A stretch of DNA of 64,000 nucleotides from Acholeplasmataceae bacterium (GCA_963667565.1 OY763415.1:1472001-1536000), one strand, 5' to 3'; counted from the stretch's first letter, positions 30,324-42,447 are shown. The notes: generated from the sequence alone by a model not told the origin. Made by a program: numbers and translations.

Positions 30324-30875
30324 TTAAACAATACCTAATTCATCAGCGATTTCTAAAAATATATCTTGGATTGGATAAAAATCCACTTCCATCTCATTAA
30401 ACATCTCATAAGTCATATGATCTAATTTTTCATACATCTCATTTGGGATTGTTTCTTGATGTTCTAATTTATCCATAACATCACTTTCAAAATCTAGAAG
30501 TTGATTCATATAATTGACATCATAGTCTTCAACACTTAATAATTCATTTTGAAAATCGATTGTACTTAATAATAAATTAACTTCTTTAGAAAACTTTTCA
30601 AGAGATTTAATATCATTTTGATAAGAACCTTTTAATAACTCAAGAATCTTATCCATTTGATCAAATAAATAATAAAACCCTGTTTGAAATATTTCATCTT
30701 GTTCTTCTGAATACTCAGGATTATCAATCAATTGATCATATAAATAATCAGTGACATCAAAGATATGTTTAAATCTTAATATAAGATCTGAATCATTTTC
30801 ACGCAAATACTTAATTAGATCGTTTTGTTCTAATTTCCAATTTGCATATTCATGATATACCAATTCATCTTTCAT
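30324..30875 (-). CDS. Hypothetical acidic cytoplasmic protein
   Basis: 183-aa ORF with GAGGTG RBS, directly after fba and followed by a hairpin terminator. Confidence 0.75.
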   Translation of the reverse strand: MKDELVYHEYANWKLEQNDLIKYLRENDSDLILRFKHIFDVTDYLYDQLIDNPEYSEEQDEIFQTGFYYLFDQMDKILELLKGSYQNDIKSLEKFSKEVNLLLSTIDFQNELLSVEDYDVNYMNQLLDFESDVMDKLEHQETIPNEMYEKLDHMTYEMFNEMEVDFYPIQDIFLEIADELGIV

Positions 30876-30894
30876 TTAGTCACCTCTTAATTTA

Positions 30895-31758
30895 TTAAGC
30901 TTTGTTGATTGAACCAAACATTTCTAATTTGTCTTTAACAACAGCTTTCATTGCTTCATAACCTGGGTTAAGTAATTTTCTTGGGTCAAAACCTTTACCT
31001 TCTAAGTCTTTGCCAGCTTCAACATATTTTCTTGTTGCTGCAGCAAATGCTAATTGTAATTCAGTGTTTACATTAATTTTTGAAACACCTAATGAAATAG
31101 CTTTTTTAACTTGGTCAGCAGGAATACCTGTACCACCATGTAATACTAATGGGATACCACCAGTTACATCTTGAACTTCTTTTAAAGTTTCGAAATTTAA
31201 TCCTTGCCAGTTTGCAGGATATTTACCATGAATATTACCAATACCAGCAGCAAACATATCTACACCAGTTTCAGCAATTGTTTTACATTCAACTGGATCA
31301 GCAATTTCACCCATACCGATAACGCCATCTTCTTCTCCACCAATAGAACCTACTTCAGCTTCAACTGAAACGCCTTTTGCATGACAAGCAGCAACGACTT
31401 CTTTAGTTTTTGCTAAGTTTTCTTCAAATGGATAGTGTGAACCATCAAACATAATTGATGTGAATCCAGCTTCTAGAGCTTTGAATGCACCTTCATATGA
31501 ACCGTGGTCTAAATGGATTGCTACAGGAACTGTAACACCATAAAATTCATCTAATGCTTTAACTAATGCAACAACTGTTTTATAGCCACCCATATATTTA
31601 GCAGCACCTTCAGATACACCTAAAATCACTGGTGATTGAAGTTCTTGAACTGTTGTTAATACAGCTTTAATCCATTCTAAATTGTTGATGTTGATTTGGG
31701 CAACACCATACCCTTCTTTGTGTGCTTTGATAAGCATGTCTCTTGCAGACACTAACAT
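30895..31758 (-). CDS. fba: Class II fructose-1,6-bisphosphate aldolase
   Basis: IHLDHG, EAEVGSIGGEED, GNIHG, LVLHGGTG, KINVNT. Confidence 0.97.
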   Translation of the reverse strand: MLVSARDMLIKAHKEGYGVAQININNLEWIKAVLTTVQELQSPVILGVSEGAAKYMGGYKTVVALVKALDEFYGVTVPVAIHLDHGSYEGAFKALEAGFTSIMFDGSHYPFEENLAKTKEVVAACHAKGVSVEAEVGSIGGEEDGVIGMGEIADPVECKTIAETGVDMFAAGIGNIHGKYPANWQGLNFETLKEVQDVTGGIPLVLHGGTGIPADQVKKAISLGVSKINVNTELQLAFAAATRKYVEAGKDLEGKGFDPRKLLNPGYEAMKAVVKDKLEMFGSINKA

Positions 31759-31790
31759 ATTCAATTTCCTCCTTGAGTTTTGTCATATCT

Positions 31791-31845
31791 ATTATATTAC
31801 AAACTACGTTTGTATTCAATTCATTAAAACTTGTAACCGTTCTTA
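31791..31845 (-). promoter_or_regulatory. fba promoter with an upstream cre-like site
   Basis: TTGAAT-17-TATAAT (31819-31791); TGTAACCGTTCTTA at 31832-31845. Confidence 0.55.
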
Positions 31846-31853
31846 TTTGTCTA

Positions 31854-33533
<1,680 letters not shown>

Positions 33534-33558
33534 AAAACAATTCTTATTAACAATCTTT

Positions 33559-34191
33559 TTATGATTGTTTTTCAATACGTTTTTCCATGATGAAATCTTG
33601 GCCTTTTGTAACTTTTTTAAATCCCATTTTTTCTAGATATGTTTCATGTTTCATCGCGCCAGGTGCACTAATGAATGTATTAACGCCAAGTGATTTAAAT
33701 AAATCATTTTGATCGTTATACACATATTTACCCGCTTTATAATCACGATACATCGGTGTTGTATAATCTAGTGTGATTTCAAACGCGTCTCCTTTGATTT
33801 TACCAATGAAAAGTCCTGCAGGTACTGTATTTCTTGTAATAAAGTACTTTGTAAGTGCTTGATCATTAAAATCAAAATCTACATTCATGAAACTTGCGAT
33901 GTCGTCTTTAAATTGTGAGATAAAATCTAAATATAATTTAGAATCTTTATCGAGTTCTATCATTTCAAAATGTTCTTTTGCGTTATTTAACTTAATTAAA
34001 TAATATAAGTTAATAACAACAATCCCCAAATTCATTAAAGCTGTTGGATATGATAAAATCAAAAATCCATATGTCGCAAACACGGCAGACCCAATCAAAT
34101 TAATCACTCTTAGTTTAATTACAGAGCTCATTAATAATGATATAAGAACTACGGTTGATGCAACATAACCAATAATATCTACTACGCCCAT
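33559..34191 (-). CDS. Membrane protein (YgjV-like N-terminus) with a soluble C-terminal domain
   Basis: IGYVAS...SLLMSSVIKLRVINLIG...YG; three short TM segments. Confidence 0.65.
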   Translation of the reverse strand: MGVVDIIGYVASTVVLISLLMSSVIKLRVINLIGSAVFATYGFLILSYPTALMNLGIVVINLYYLIKLNNAKEHFEMIELDKDSKLYLDFISQFKDDIASFMNVDFDFNDQALTKYFITRNTVPAGLFIGKIKGDAFEITLDYTTPMYRDYKAGKYVYNDQNDLFKSLGVNTFISAPGAMKHETYLEKMGFKKVTKGQDFIMEKRIEKQS

Positions 34192-34249
34192 TATTTTTAT
34201 TTCCTTTCTTTATTGGAAAAAAACAGCCTACAATGTAGGCTTATTTTTC

Positions 34250-34807
34250 TTATTTGTCATACATGTCTTCATAGTCATCCATGATTTCATTATAATCATC
34301 TTCATCATAATCTTCATCATCGAATTCTATTTCTGGTTCATCTTCAACATCATCATCTGTAGATTTGATAGGAAGTTCAACATCAATGTACTCTTTTTCT
34401 TCTTCAAGTTCATCTTTGTCTGTGACTTCGTCATCTTCATCTTCTTCTTCGATGTCTTCGTCTTCTTCTTCAATGTCTTCTAAGTTGAATTCAGTAAATT
34501 CTAACTCATCTTCATCTTCTTCAACTTCTTCAGTGTTATCAAGTTGAACAAATGCATATCCATCTTTGTCCCAAAGCTCTAAGTTTCTTTCTTTAAGATC
34601 CCATTGATCTTCTCCACAAAAAACAAACTTACCGCTTTGAGTTATATCCATATATAATTGTGTGATTCTTTCAAAATCATCTTCAGATACACCTTTGATT
34701 TCAGTCACTTTTTTAATAATGTCTTGAATCTTTAAAGGTTCTTTGTTTTCTTTTAAAATGATTTCTGCTACATCAATCATTGCTAGTGATTCTAAATTTT
34801 GACTCAT
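34250..34807 (-). CDS. rpoE: RNA polymerase delta subunit
   Basis: Folded N-domain (QLYMDITQSGKF...WDLK) plus a long D/E tail; usual position upstream of pyrG. Confidence 0.9.
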   Translation of the reverse strand: MSQNLESLAMIDVAEIILKENKEPLKIQDIIKKVTEIKGVSEDDFERITQLYMDITQSGKFVFCGEDQWDLKERNLELWDKDGYAFVQLDNTEEVEEDEDELEFTEFNLEDIEEEDEDIEEEDEDDEVTDKDELEEEKEYIDVELPIKSTDDDVEDEPEIEFDDEDYDEDDYNEIMDDYEDMYDK

Positions 34808-34867
34808 ATGTGCCTCCTAAAACCGTATATATTGTATACGAAAGCTTTAAATTTTGCAAGTGTTTTT

Positions 34868-35137
34868 TTATCCCATTTGTGTTGTCACAAAAACAATCAC
34901 TAAAATAACTGCGATAACAATAAATAATTTTAATAATTTTTTAACAAAACTGATGGTTCCAAGCACGATAATAACTGCCAAGAATAAACCACCTAGAATT
35001 TTAATAATTTCTGGTAATGGTGCAACAAACTCATTATATAAAGCGAGCAATTTACCATCAATATCTAATGTATCTTGTAGATACCCATTAAAATTGTCAT
35101 ACTGATTCAGAAAAAAATTCTTTACAATCTCCCACAT
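34868..35137 (-). CDS. Small hypothetical membrane protein
   Basis: 89 aa, two C-terminal hydrophobic helices, AGGAGG RBS. Confidence 0.75.
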   Translation of the reverse strand: MWEIVKNFFLNQYDNFNGYLQDTLDIDGKLLALYNEFVAPLPEIIKILGGLFLAVIIVLGTISFVKKLLKLFIVIAVILVIVFVTTQMG

Positions 35138-35151
35138 TACTTATATCCTCC

Positions 35152-35742
35152 TTAATATTTCATACGATTAGCAACTGCTTTTGCAAGTGTCAGCTCATCA
35201 GCGTATTTCAAATCTGCACCCACAGGTAAACCTGAAGCTAATCTGGTAACAATAAGGTTCTCATGATCAAATAATTGCTTTAAAAATTTTGCCGTCATTT
35301 CCCCTTCAACGGTTCCATTGGTTGCGATAATAAGTTCTTTAATATGTTTCATACGAACTTCTAAACTATCAATGTTTAAATCTTTATCTGTAATTCCTCT
35401 TGAAAAGTCTATGAGTCCACCTAATACATGGTAAAGCCCATGATACGTGCCCATTTTTTCCATCACAAATACATCTTTTGCATCTGCAACAATCATCATG
35501 GTTTCTTGATCTCTTGTGTAATCTTCACAAACATCACATACATCATGATCCGTTAGCATATGACATTTTTGACACGTTCTGATCTCTGATTTTAATAATT
35601 TTAAATGATCAGAAAAATCCATGACTGCTTCATCACTAAATTCACTAACGATATGTAGTGCTAAACGTTCAGCGGTCTTTTCACCAATCCCAGGAAGTTT
35701 TTGAAGATCTTCAATAATGAGTTGTAGACTTTTTGGATACAT
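35152..35742 (-). CDS. recR: Recombination protein RecR
   Basis: LPGIGEKTAERLA, C4 zinc finger, YHVLGG, TVEGEMTA. Confidence 0.97.
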   Translation of the reverse strand: MYPKSLQLIIEDLQKLPGIGEKTAERLALHIVSEFSDEAVMDFSDHLKLLKSEIRTCQKCHMLTDHDVCDVCEDYTRDQETMMIVADAKDVFVMEKMGTYHGLYHVLGGLIDFSRGITDKDLNIDSLEVRMKHIKELIIATNGTVEGEMTAKFLKQLFDHENLIVTRLASGLPVGADLKYADELTLAKAVANRMKY

Positions 35743-36032
35743 TAAAATCCAAGTCCTCCAAAACCACCAGTGAATTGTCCCATGGTTGATTCTTGTTCTT
35801 TTTCGATTTGTTTTAATGCGTCATTAGTTGCAAGTAATACTGCATCTTGTAACATTTCTACTTCTTCAAGTATTTCAGGATTAATTTGTACATCGACAAC
35901 TTGTCTAGACCCTTGCATGACTACAGTAACACCACTAGCTCTTCCAAAAAATTCTTTGGCTTCGAGCGCTTCTTGTGCTTCCATCATTTGTTTTTGCATT
36001 TTCTTTAATTTGTTTAACATATTAGGATTCAT
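35742..36032 (-). CDS. ybaB: YbaB/EbfC nucleoid-associated protein
   Basis: KKMQKQM...EMLQDAVLLATNDA; located between dnaX and recR. Confidence 0.92.
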   Translation of the reverse strand: MNPNMLNKLKKMQKQMMEAQEALEAKEFFGRASGVTVVMQGSRQVVDVQINPEILEEVEMLQDAVLLATNDALKQIEKEQESTMGQFTGGFGGLGF

Positions 36033-36038
36033 GTTTCA

Positions 36039-37694
36039 TTACTCCTTTATAACCGCTTTATCACCAAAATACTCTTTACCTATTTTAATGATTTCAGGTT
36101 CTTTCTTTTCTTTAACTTCTTTATACAATTTTAAATCAATTGGTTGTAATTTAGGCTTTTTGACGCCCTGTTGCCACTGATTTTTAAATACTTCTAATAT
36201 GATCAGCCAATCACTTCTCAATATTGCATAATAGTCTTTGATTAACTCTGATTTATGATTAAGAATCTCAAGAACTTGGACTTTGATTTCATCATCCAAA
36301 ATACGTTTACATGATTCCAAATCATCATAAATCACGAGCATTTCATCATCTGATACCACTTCTAATTGTGATTGAGATAATAAATATGCTGCCATTTGTA
36401 AATGTTTTTTAGGATAGCTCTTTAAATGATCCCATCCTTTTAACATAAGTTCCTTCTTTTCTTTATTGCTGTTATGTAAAATTTTTTCAATATGTTTTAC
36501 AGTAACAAGTGGTTCAGCTTTTTTCTTATTCGTTTTTGTTTCTAAAACAACAGGTCTTTCTTCTGATTGTTGTTTTAATTGATGTAGATCTAATTTAATA
36601 TCTGCAATTGCTGCATCATAATCAATATGTTTAAGTGTCTCATGTTCCATCATTTTAATTAAAGCAAGTTCAATATATGCTCTTTTTTGATGTGTCCATT
36701 TCATATCTTGTTGTAATTGATTTAAAACTTCTAAATAATAATATATTTTAGGTGTAGAAATGACACTTGTCAATACATCATATTTAGGATGTTCAACACT
36801 TGTGGTTTTTTCTAACAATAAGTCTCTTAGAGCAATAATTAAATCATTGACGATACGACTCGCTTCTTTACCTTGTGCTAATAATTCTTTTAAAATAACT
36901 AATGTATTAGTGATTTCTTTATTGGCAATAGCAAGTAACATTTCCGACAATGCTTTTTTAGATACACTACCAGCGACTTCGTGAACATCTTCTTCACTAA
37001 TGACACCTTCAGAAAAACTTATAGCTTGATCTAGCAAACTAATTGCGTCTCTTAATCCACCTTCTGCATTTTCAGCAATCGCTTTAACTGCATCATCTTC
37101 AATATCAATTTGTTCATTTTTAACAATTTCATTTAATTTCTCAACGATATCTTTAACTTCAATATTTTTAAAGTCATAACGTTGGCATCTCGATAAAATC
37201 GTTGATGGTATTTTATATACTTCGGTTGTGGCTAAAATGAAAATCACGTGTTTTGGTGGTTCTTCAAGTGTTTTTAACAACGCATTGAATGCCCCTTGAG
37301 TTAACATATGAACTTCATCTATGATATAAACTTTGTATTTACCAACACTTGGCATATACTTAACTTTATCTCTTAAGTCTCTAATTTCATCAACACCATT
37401 ATTTGATGCAGCATCGATTTCAATCACATCAGCAATATCTCCGTGATCAATTCCTTTACATACATCACACTGGTTACATGGTGACCCATTTACAGGTGTT
37501 AAACAATTAACAGCCTTAGCAAATATTTTAGCAACTGAAGTTTTCCCAGTACCTCTAGGACCACTAAATAAATAAGCATGTTGAATTTTATCATGAATAA
37601 GTGCATTTTTAAGCGTGCGAATAACGACTTTTTGACCCGCTACTTCTTCAAACGATTTAGGTCTATACGTACGATATAAAGCGACATAAGACAT
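36039..37694 (-). CDS. dnaX: DNA polymerase III gamma/tau subunit
   Basis: ALYRTYRP, GPRGTGKTS, EIDAASNNGVD, DEVHML, SRCQ. Confidence 0.98.
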   Translation of the reverse strand: MSYVALYRTYRPKSFEEVAGQKVVIRTLKNALIHDKIQHAYLFSGPRGTGKTSVAKIFAKAVNCLTPVNGSPCNQCDVCKGIDHGDIADVIEIDAASNNGVDEIRDLRDKVKYMPSVGKYKVYIIDEVHMLTQGAFNALLKTLEEPPKHVIFILATTEVYKIPSTILSRCQRYDFKNIEVKDIVEKLNEIVKNEQIDIEDDAVKAIAENAEGGLRDAISLLDQAISFSEGVISEEDVHEVAGSVSKKALSEMLLAIANKEITNTLVILKELLAQGKEASRIVNDLIIALRDLLLEKTTSVEHPKYDVLTSVISTPKIYYYLEVLNQLQQDMKWTHQKRAYIELALIKMMEHETLKHIDYDAAIADIKLDLHQLKQQSEERPVVLETKTNKKKAEPLVTVKHIEKILHNSNKEKKELMLKGWDHLKSYPKKHLQMAAYLLSQSQLEVVSDDEMLVIYDDLESCKRILDDEIKVQVLEILNHKSELIKDYYAILRSDWLIILEVFKNQWQQGVKKPKLQPIDLKLYKEVKEKKEPEIIKIGKEYFGDKAVIKE

Positions 37695-37752
37695 ACCGAT
37701 CAACCTCCTTACTTATCTTTTTTTATTATAACATATATACTATATGTTTTTC

Positions 37753-39099
37753 TTATTTTCCTAAGCAAAATTTAGAGAACAATTCATCAAGCAAATCGTC
37801 CTTATAATATTCACCTAAAATTTCACCTAATAATTTCCAAGCCTGTGTTAAATCAATCGCATATACATCAACAGGCATATCTAGTTTAATAGACTCTAAA
37901 ACACTTTCTAATGCCTCAAGTGATTCTCTGATTTTTGCGATATGTCGTGCATTAGATAAGTAGTTCATATCTCTTGTTTCGATATTTTCTAAAGCCAGTT
38001 TTTTAAGAATAGCTTGCTCAAGTTCTTTGAGTCCTGTTTTATTTAATGCGGAAATAGAAACGACATCTTCCATACCAAGTTCATTTGAAATATCAGATTT
38101 ATTACCAATGATAATGCGTTGATGATGTTTTGTTTGTTCTAATAATTGGTGATCCTCGTGAGATAGTTTCTTACTTTGGTCTAAAACTAGTAACACGAGA
38201 TCGGCACTGTTTAATGCTTTTATTGAGCGATCTACACCGATTTTTTCAACGACATCTTCAGTATCTCTAATCCCAGCAGTATCCATTAAGCTAAGTGTGA
38301 TACCTCCCATATTGATATATGCTTCTATGGTATCTCTTGTTGTCCCTTCAATATCAGTAACAATGGCTCTTTCTTCATTTAGTAATGCATTTAAAAGACT
38401 ACTTTTACCCACATTAGGTTTACCAATAATGACTGTTTTAATACCATCTCTAATCAATTGGTTTTTTTCTGATTCTTTTAAAACTATTCTCATTTTATCA
38501 ATTAATTCTAATGTTTTAGGATAAATGATTTCTTTACTCATGACAATCGCATCATCATATTCTGGATAATCGATATTAACTTCAATTTGAGCAATGATTG
38601 TTAAAAGTTTAGATCTTAGATCTTTGATGAGTTGAGATGTTTCTTTTTGTACACCAAGGCTTGCAATTTTTAAAGCTTGATCATTTTTGGCATGAATTAA
38701 ATCCATAATTGATTCAGCTTCAACCAAATCAATGCGTCCATTTAAATATGCACGTTCGCTAAATTCTCCCGGATTTGCTAACCTGATATCTAATGATAAA
38801 ATGCGTTGTAATACTTTTTGCACGATTAAAATTCCACCATGGGTGGATATTTCAACCATATCTTCTTTGGTAAATGTTTTTGGTGCTTTTAATATAGTCA
38901 CCATAACTTCATCTAAAAATGATCCATCAAAATCTATCACATGTCCATAATGCACGGTGTGAGATTTAACTTTTTCTAGATTTTTTCCTTTAAAGATTTT
39001 ATTAAATTCACTGATTGCTTGCTCACCACTGATTCTAATGACTGCAATACCTGCAGCCCCATATGCAGTAGAGATTGCTGCAATTGTATCATTAATCAT
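37753..39099 (-). CDS. mnmE: tRNA modification GTPase MnmE
   Basis: DTIAAIST, GKPNVGKSSLLN, GTTRD, C-terminal FCLGK. Confidence 0.98.
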   Translation of the reverse strand: MINDTIAAISTAYGAAGIAVIRISGEQAISEFNKIFKGKNLEKVKSHTVHYGHVIDFDGSFLDEVMVTILKAPKTFTKEDMVEISTHGGILIVQKVLQRILSLDIRLANPGEFSERAYLNGRIDLVEAESIMDLIHAKNDQALKIASLGVQKETSQLIKDLRSKLLTIIAQIEVNIDYPEYDDAIVMSKEIIYPKTLELIDKMRIVLKESEKNQLIRDGIKTVIIGKPNVGKSSLLNALLNEERAIVTDIEGTTRDTIEAYINMGGITLSLMDTAGIRDTEDVVEKIGVDRSIKALNSADLVLLVLDQSKKLSHEDHQLLEQTKHHQRIIIGNKSDISNELGMEDVVSISALNKTGLKELEQAILKKLALENIETRDMNYLSNARHIAKIRESLEALESVLESIKLDMPVDVYAIDLTQAWKLLGEILGEYYKDDLLDELFSKFCLGK

Positions 39100-39622
39100 T
39101 CTTTTCTTTTCCTTGTTTCTTTGGAGATTTAAATGGATTAAATCCTCTGCTTATATCTCTTGCTGCCATCAGAACAACCATAAATATACCTATTGTTGAT
39201 CCTAAAATAATATAACCAGAACCTAAAATTAAACCTACCATTGCAGTAACCCAAATAGTGGCTGCTGTTGTAATACCTCTAATACTACTTGTACCATCTT
39301 TGATAATTGCACCAGCACCAACAAAACCAATACCTGTAACTACTTGTGCAATCACACGTTGACCTTCAGCGTTCGTAAATAAACCTGAATCAACTTGATA
39401 CTCAAACATAAAGCGTTGCATAATCGCGATACCGACACTCCCTAATGCCACTAAAACGTGAGATGATAAACCTGCAGCTTTACCTACATTTTGTCTTTCA
39501 AGTCCTACAAACATAGCAATCAAATATGTTAATACGATAGGTAATATCATTTTTAATAATATGTCACTAAAACTCATTCCAAAATCTAGAATTGCACCTT
39601 CAAATATTATAAAATTCATCAT
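39092..39622 (-). CDS. MgtC/SapB family membrane protein
   Basis: GLERQ...AGLSSH, AQVVTGIGFVGAGAI, GITTAATIW. Confidence 0.92.
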   Translation of the reverse strand: MMNFIIFEGAILDFGMSFSDILLKMILPIVLTYLIAMFVGLERQNVGKAAGLSSHVLVALGSVGIAIMQRFMFEYQVDSGLFTNAEGQRVIAQVVTGIGFVGAGAIIKDGTSSIRGITTAATIWVTAMVGLILGSGYIILGSTIGIFMVVLMAARDISRGFNPFKSPKKQGKEKND

Positions 39623-40476
39623 TTGTTTCTCCTTTCTTTATATATGTCGTTAAAATGTATTTTCTCGTTATCTTTTGTATATCCTAATATTGCGTTTAAA
39701 TTCACATTTGTTGCTGCTCTGTAAATAGATTGGTCAACATCGGGATTTATTTTTCTAAGTGATTCAATTAATTCCTTAATCTCTCTTCTTTTGGAAGAGG
39801 TTCTTTCAGCTGTGACAGTACATCCACAATTCATAGATTGTATGCCGCTTTTTTTAATCCATCTAATGATATCTTTTTCTTTGACAAGTGAAAGTGGTCT
39901 AATCAACTCAATATCTTCAAAGTTTTGTGCCTCAATCTTTGGAACCATAGTCATAAATTGTCCACCATAAAACATATTTAATAATGTAGTTTCAATGACA
40001 TCATCAAAATGATGGCCTAATGCAAGTTTATTACAACCAAGTTCTTTTGCTGCATTATATAAAAATCCTCGTCTCATTCTTGCACACATATAACAAGGAT
40101 TTTCTTTGGCGATTTTACCTATGACTTCAAAGATATCAGATTCTCTTAATTCAAGTGGAATATTTAAATATTTACAATTGGATTCAAGTGATTCTCTATT
40201 GATCTGATTAAATCCTGGATCCATAGACAAAAAGACAAGCTCAAAAGGAATTTTATTGTGTTTTTTTAATTCCTGAAAAAGCTTAGCAAGAATAAGACTA
40301 TCTTTACCACCAGAAATAGCAACAGCAATTTTATCTCCTGGTTCTACAAGATTAAACTCATTGATTGCTTTAACAAACGGTCTAAAGATATCTTTTCTAT
40401 ATGTTGTTGTTAAACTTTTCTCAATTTCTTGGAGTGGTTGTTTTGGTTCTTCTACCAAAATAGATGCACAATGCAT
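39619..40476 (-). CDS. ttcA: tRNA 2-thiocytidine biosynthesis TtcA-family protein
   Basis: SGGKDS PP-loop, CYMCARMRRG, LGHHFDD, LIRPL. Confidence 0.88.
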   Translation of the reverse strand: MHCASILVEEPKQPLQEIEKSLTTTYRKDIFRPFVKAINEFNLVEPGDKIAVAISGGKDSLILAKLFQELKKHNKIPFELVFLSMDPGFNQINRESLESNCKYLNIPLELRESDIFEVIGKIAKENPCYMCARMRRGFLYNAAKELGCNKLALGHHFDDVIETTLLNMFYGGQFMTMVPKIEAQNFEDIELIRPLSLVKEKDIIRWIKKSGIQSMNCGCTVTAERTSSKRREIKELIESLRKINPDVDQSIYRAATNVNLNAILGYTKDNEKIHFNDIYKERRNK

Positions 40477-41417
40477 TATTTTTCCTCTAAGTAAGCAGTC
40501 GCAATTTCATTTGCTTTTTGTGCAAATTCATTTAACTCATCCCAGTTATTTAGTCTAGCACCAGCAGCTTTAGCGTGTCCGCCTCCACCGTATTGGTTTG
40601 CTAGTTCACTAATTGTTGGTCCATTTGATCTTAATCTAATTCTAATTTCATTTGGATATTCAATAAATAATGCCCAAACTGGGAAACCATCAATGCCTGA
40701 TAAAGCATTAACAACAGATGCTGCTTGCTCATCAGTGACACCAAATTTATCAATCACATCTCTTGTCATCTTTAAATAGATGAAATGCCCGTTTGTGATG
40801 TAATTTGAGTAAACATATCCTTTTAATGCAACCATATCAAGTGTTTCTTTAGATAATTGTTGGTCGATATACTCAACATCAACACCCTTTTCAATCAGTA
40901 ATCCTGCAAGTTGGTGTGTTAATTTTGAGACACCTCTATATCTAAAACGTCCTGTATCTGTGACAATACCTGTGTATAAAGCGATTGCTCCAGTTTTTGT
41001 CATCTTAAGTTCGTTTTTAAATTTAGAATAGAAATATGTAATCATTTGTGCACATGATGGGAATGTTGTATCAACCCATCTTAAGTCACCATAGTCATCA
41101 ACTGGAATATGGTGATCAATTTTTATGACGTAGTCTCCAAGTGTATATCTTGGTTCACTAATTCTTTCTTTAGTTGCAGTATCAACAACGATAGATAATG
41201 CCCCTTCATAAACTGAATCTTCGATTTGCTCAACTTTTCCTACGTAATCTACATAGTCACTTGTACCACCAACGACATAAACTTCTTTTTCAGGAAAAGA
41301 TGCCGTAATGATATCTTTTAACCCAAATTGAGCTCCATAACAATCACCATCAGGTCTTTTATGACCGTGAATGATAATTTTTTTATAATCTTTAATTTTA
41401 CTTAATATTCTTTCCAT
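40476..41417 (-). CDS. nrnA: DHH/DHHA1 oligoribonuclease / pAp phosphatase (NrnA family), copy 1
   Basis: HKRPDGD, VDT, IDHH, TDTGRF, GGGGHAKAAG. Confidence 0.9.
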   Translation of the reverse strand: MERILSKIKDYKKIIIHGHKRPDGDCYGAQFGLKDIITASFPEKEVYVVGGTSDYVDYVGKVEQIEDSVYEGALSIVVDTATKERISEPRYTLGDYVIKIDHHIPVDDYGDLRWVDTTFPSCAQMITYFYSKFKNELKMTKTGAIALYTGIVTDTGRFRYRGVSKLTHQLAGLLIEKGVDVEYIDQQLSKETLDMVALKGYVYSNYITNGHFIYLKMTRDVIDKFGVTDEQAASVVNALSGIDGFPVWALFIEYPNEIRIRLRSNGPTISELANQYGGGGHAKAAGARLNNWDELNEFAQKANEIATAYLEEK

Positions 41418-42357
41418 TTTCTAATGCCCTTTCATCAAAATCTTTTAAAATTGAATCTACTTCATTCCAATCTTTAAGTGTCGCACCACAAGCTTCGTTG
41501 TGTCCGCCTCCGCCATATTTTTTAGCAATATCAACAATTGTGATACCTCTTGATCTAAATTCACCAATGATTGCATTTTTTTCAATATCTTCGGTAAAGT
41601 TTGCCCAAATAGGCACTTCTTTGATTCCGGCCATTTGATTGACCATACCTCTTGATACTGATTGAAAATCAAGTCCGCTTTCAACAATTAAAGTGTGTGT
41701 ATTTTTTCTGTATGCAACATTGTGTTCGGTTAAATTGAAATCTGTAAACATATTTTTAACTTTTCTTTTTTGTAGAGATTCTGTGTAAATGTAATTATAA
41801 AAATCTCTGATGCTTGGATTGAACTTTGAGATATATGCAGCAAGTTCAAATGTTTGATTTGCATCTTTTAAATACATAAATCTACCTGTATCAGTCACCA
41901 TACCACCATAAAGATACGTCGCTGCTTCACTAGAGATTTCAAACTGCTCTTCCTTTGCTAAATCTATGATCATTTCACAAGCAGATGCGAATGAGTCATC
42001 TCTGTAAAATAAAGAAACGTCTACTACATCTGTATCATTGGTGTGATGATCAATGATGATTCTTTCTTTTGCGAGTTTGTATCTATCATCACTAATCATA
42101 TGTGTGACTGCAACATCAGTAATAATCACAAGCGCGTTTTGATAAACCTCATCCTCAATTGAATCCATTTTTGCTAGATAACTCATATCATTAAGATCAC
42201 CAACAACATACACCCTCTTTTGTTGAAAGTTTTCTTTAATCAGTAACGACAATCCTACTTGACTACCGATTGCATCCATATCTGGTCTTTGGTGTCTATG
42301 GATGATAATGGTATCATAAGATTTAATTTTGTTAATCACTTCTTTTTTTATATTCAT
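41398..42357 (-). CDS. nrnA: DHH/DHHA1 oligoribonuclease / pAp phosphatase (NrnA family), copy 2
   Basis: HQRPDMD, IDHH, TDTGRF, GGGGHNEACG. Confidence 0.9.
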   Translation of the reverse strand: MNIKKEVINKIKSYDTIIIHRHQRPDMDAIGSQVGLSLLIKENFQQKRVYVVGDLNDMSYLAKMDSIEDEVYQNALVIITDVAVTHMISDDRYKLAKERIIIDHHTNDTDVVDVSLFYRDDSFASACEMIIDLAKEEQFEISSEAATYLYGGMVTDTGRFMYLKDANQTFELAAYISKFNPSIRDFYNYIYTESLQKRKVKNMFTDFNLTEHNVAYRKNTHTLIVESGLDFQSVSRGMVNQMAGIKEVPIWANFTEDIEKNAIIGEFRSRGITIVDIAKKYGGGGHNEACGATLKDWNEVDSILKDFDERALENGKNIK

Positions 42358-42447
42358 ATAAAAACCTTTCTTGTAGAGATTATAATAGTATAACATATTT
42401 TATGGTAAATTGCGAAATAAAAAGACGATTTCTCGTCTTTTAGATGT

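Noticed and set aside
34300..34530. TCTTCA/TCATCT low-complexity repeats
   Set aside because: These are the Asp/Glu codons of the RpoE tail, not a repeat array.
36512..36530. E. coli-type -1 frameshift site in dnaX (AAAAAAG followed by a -1 frame TGA)
   Set aside because: The heptamer is out of the required phase (codons AAG AAA AAA GCT), no stimulatory element is evident, and A runs are common in this genome.
37704..37752. SRP RNA gene upstream of dnaX, as in many Bacillota
   Set aside because: The gap is under 60 bp and lacks the SRP motif.
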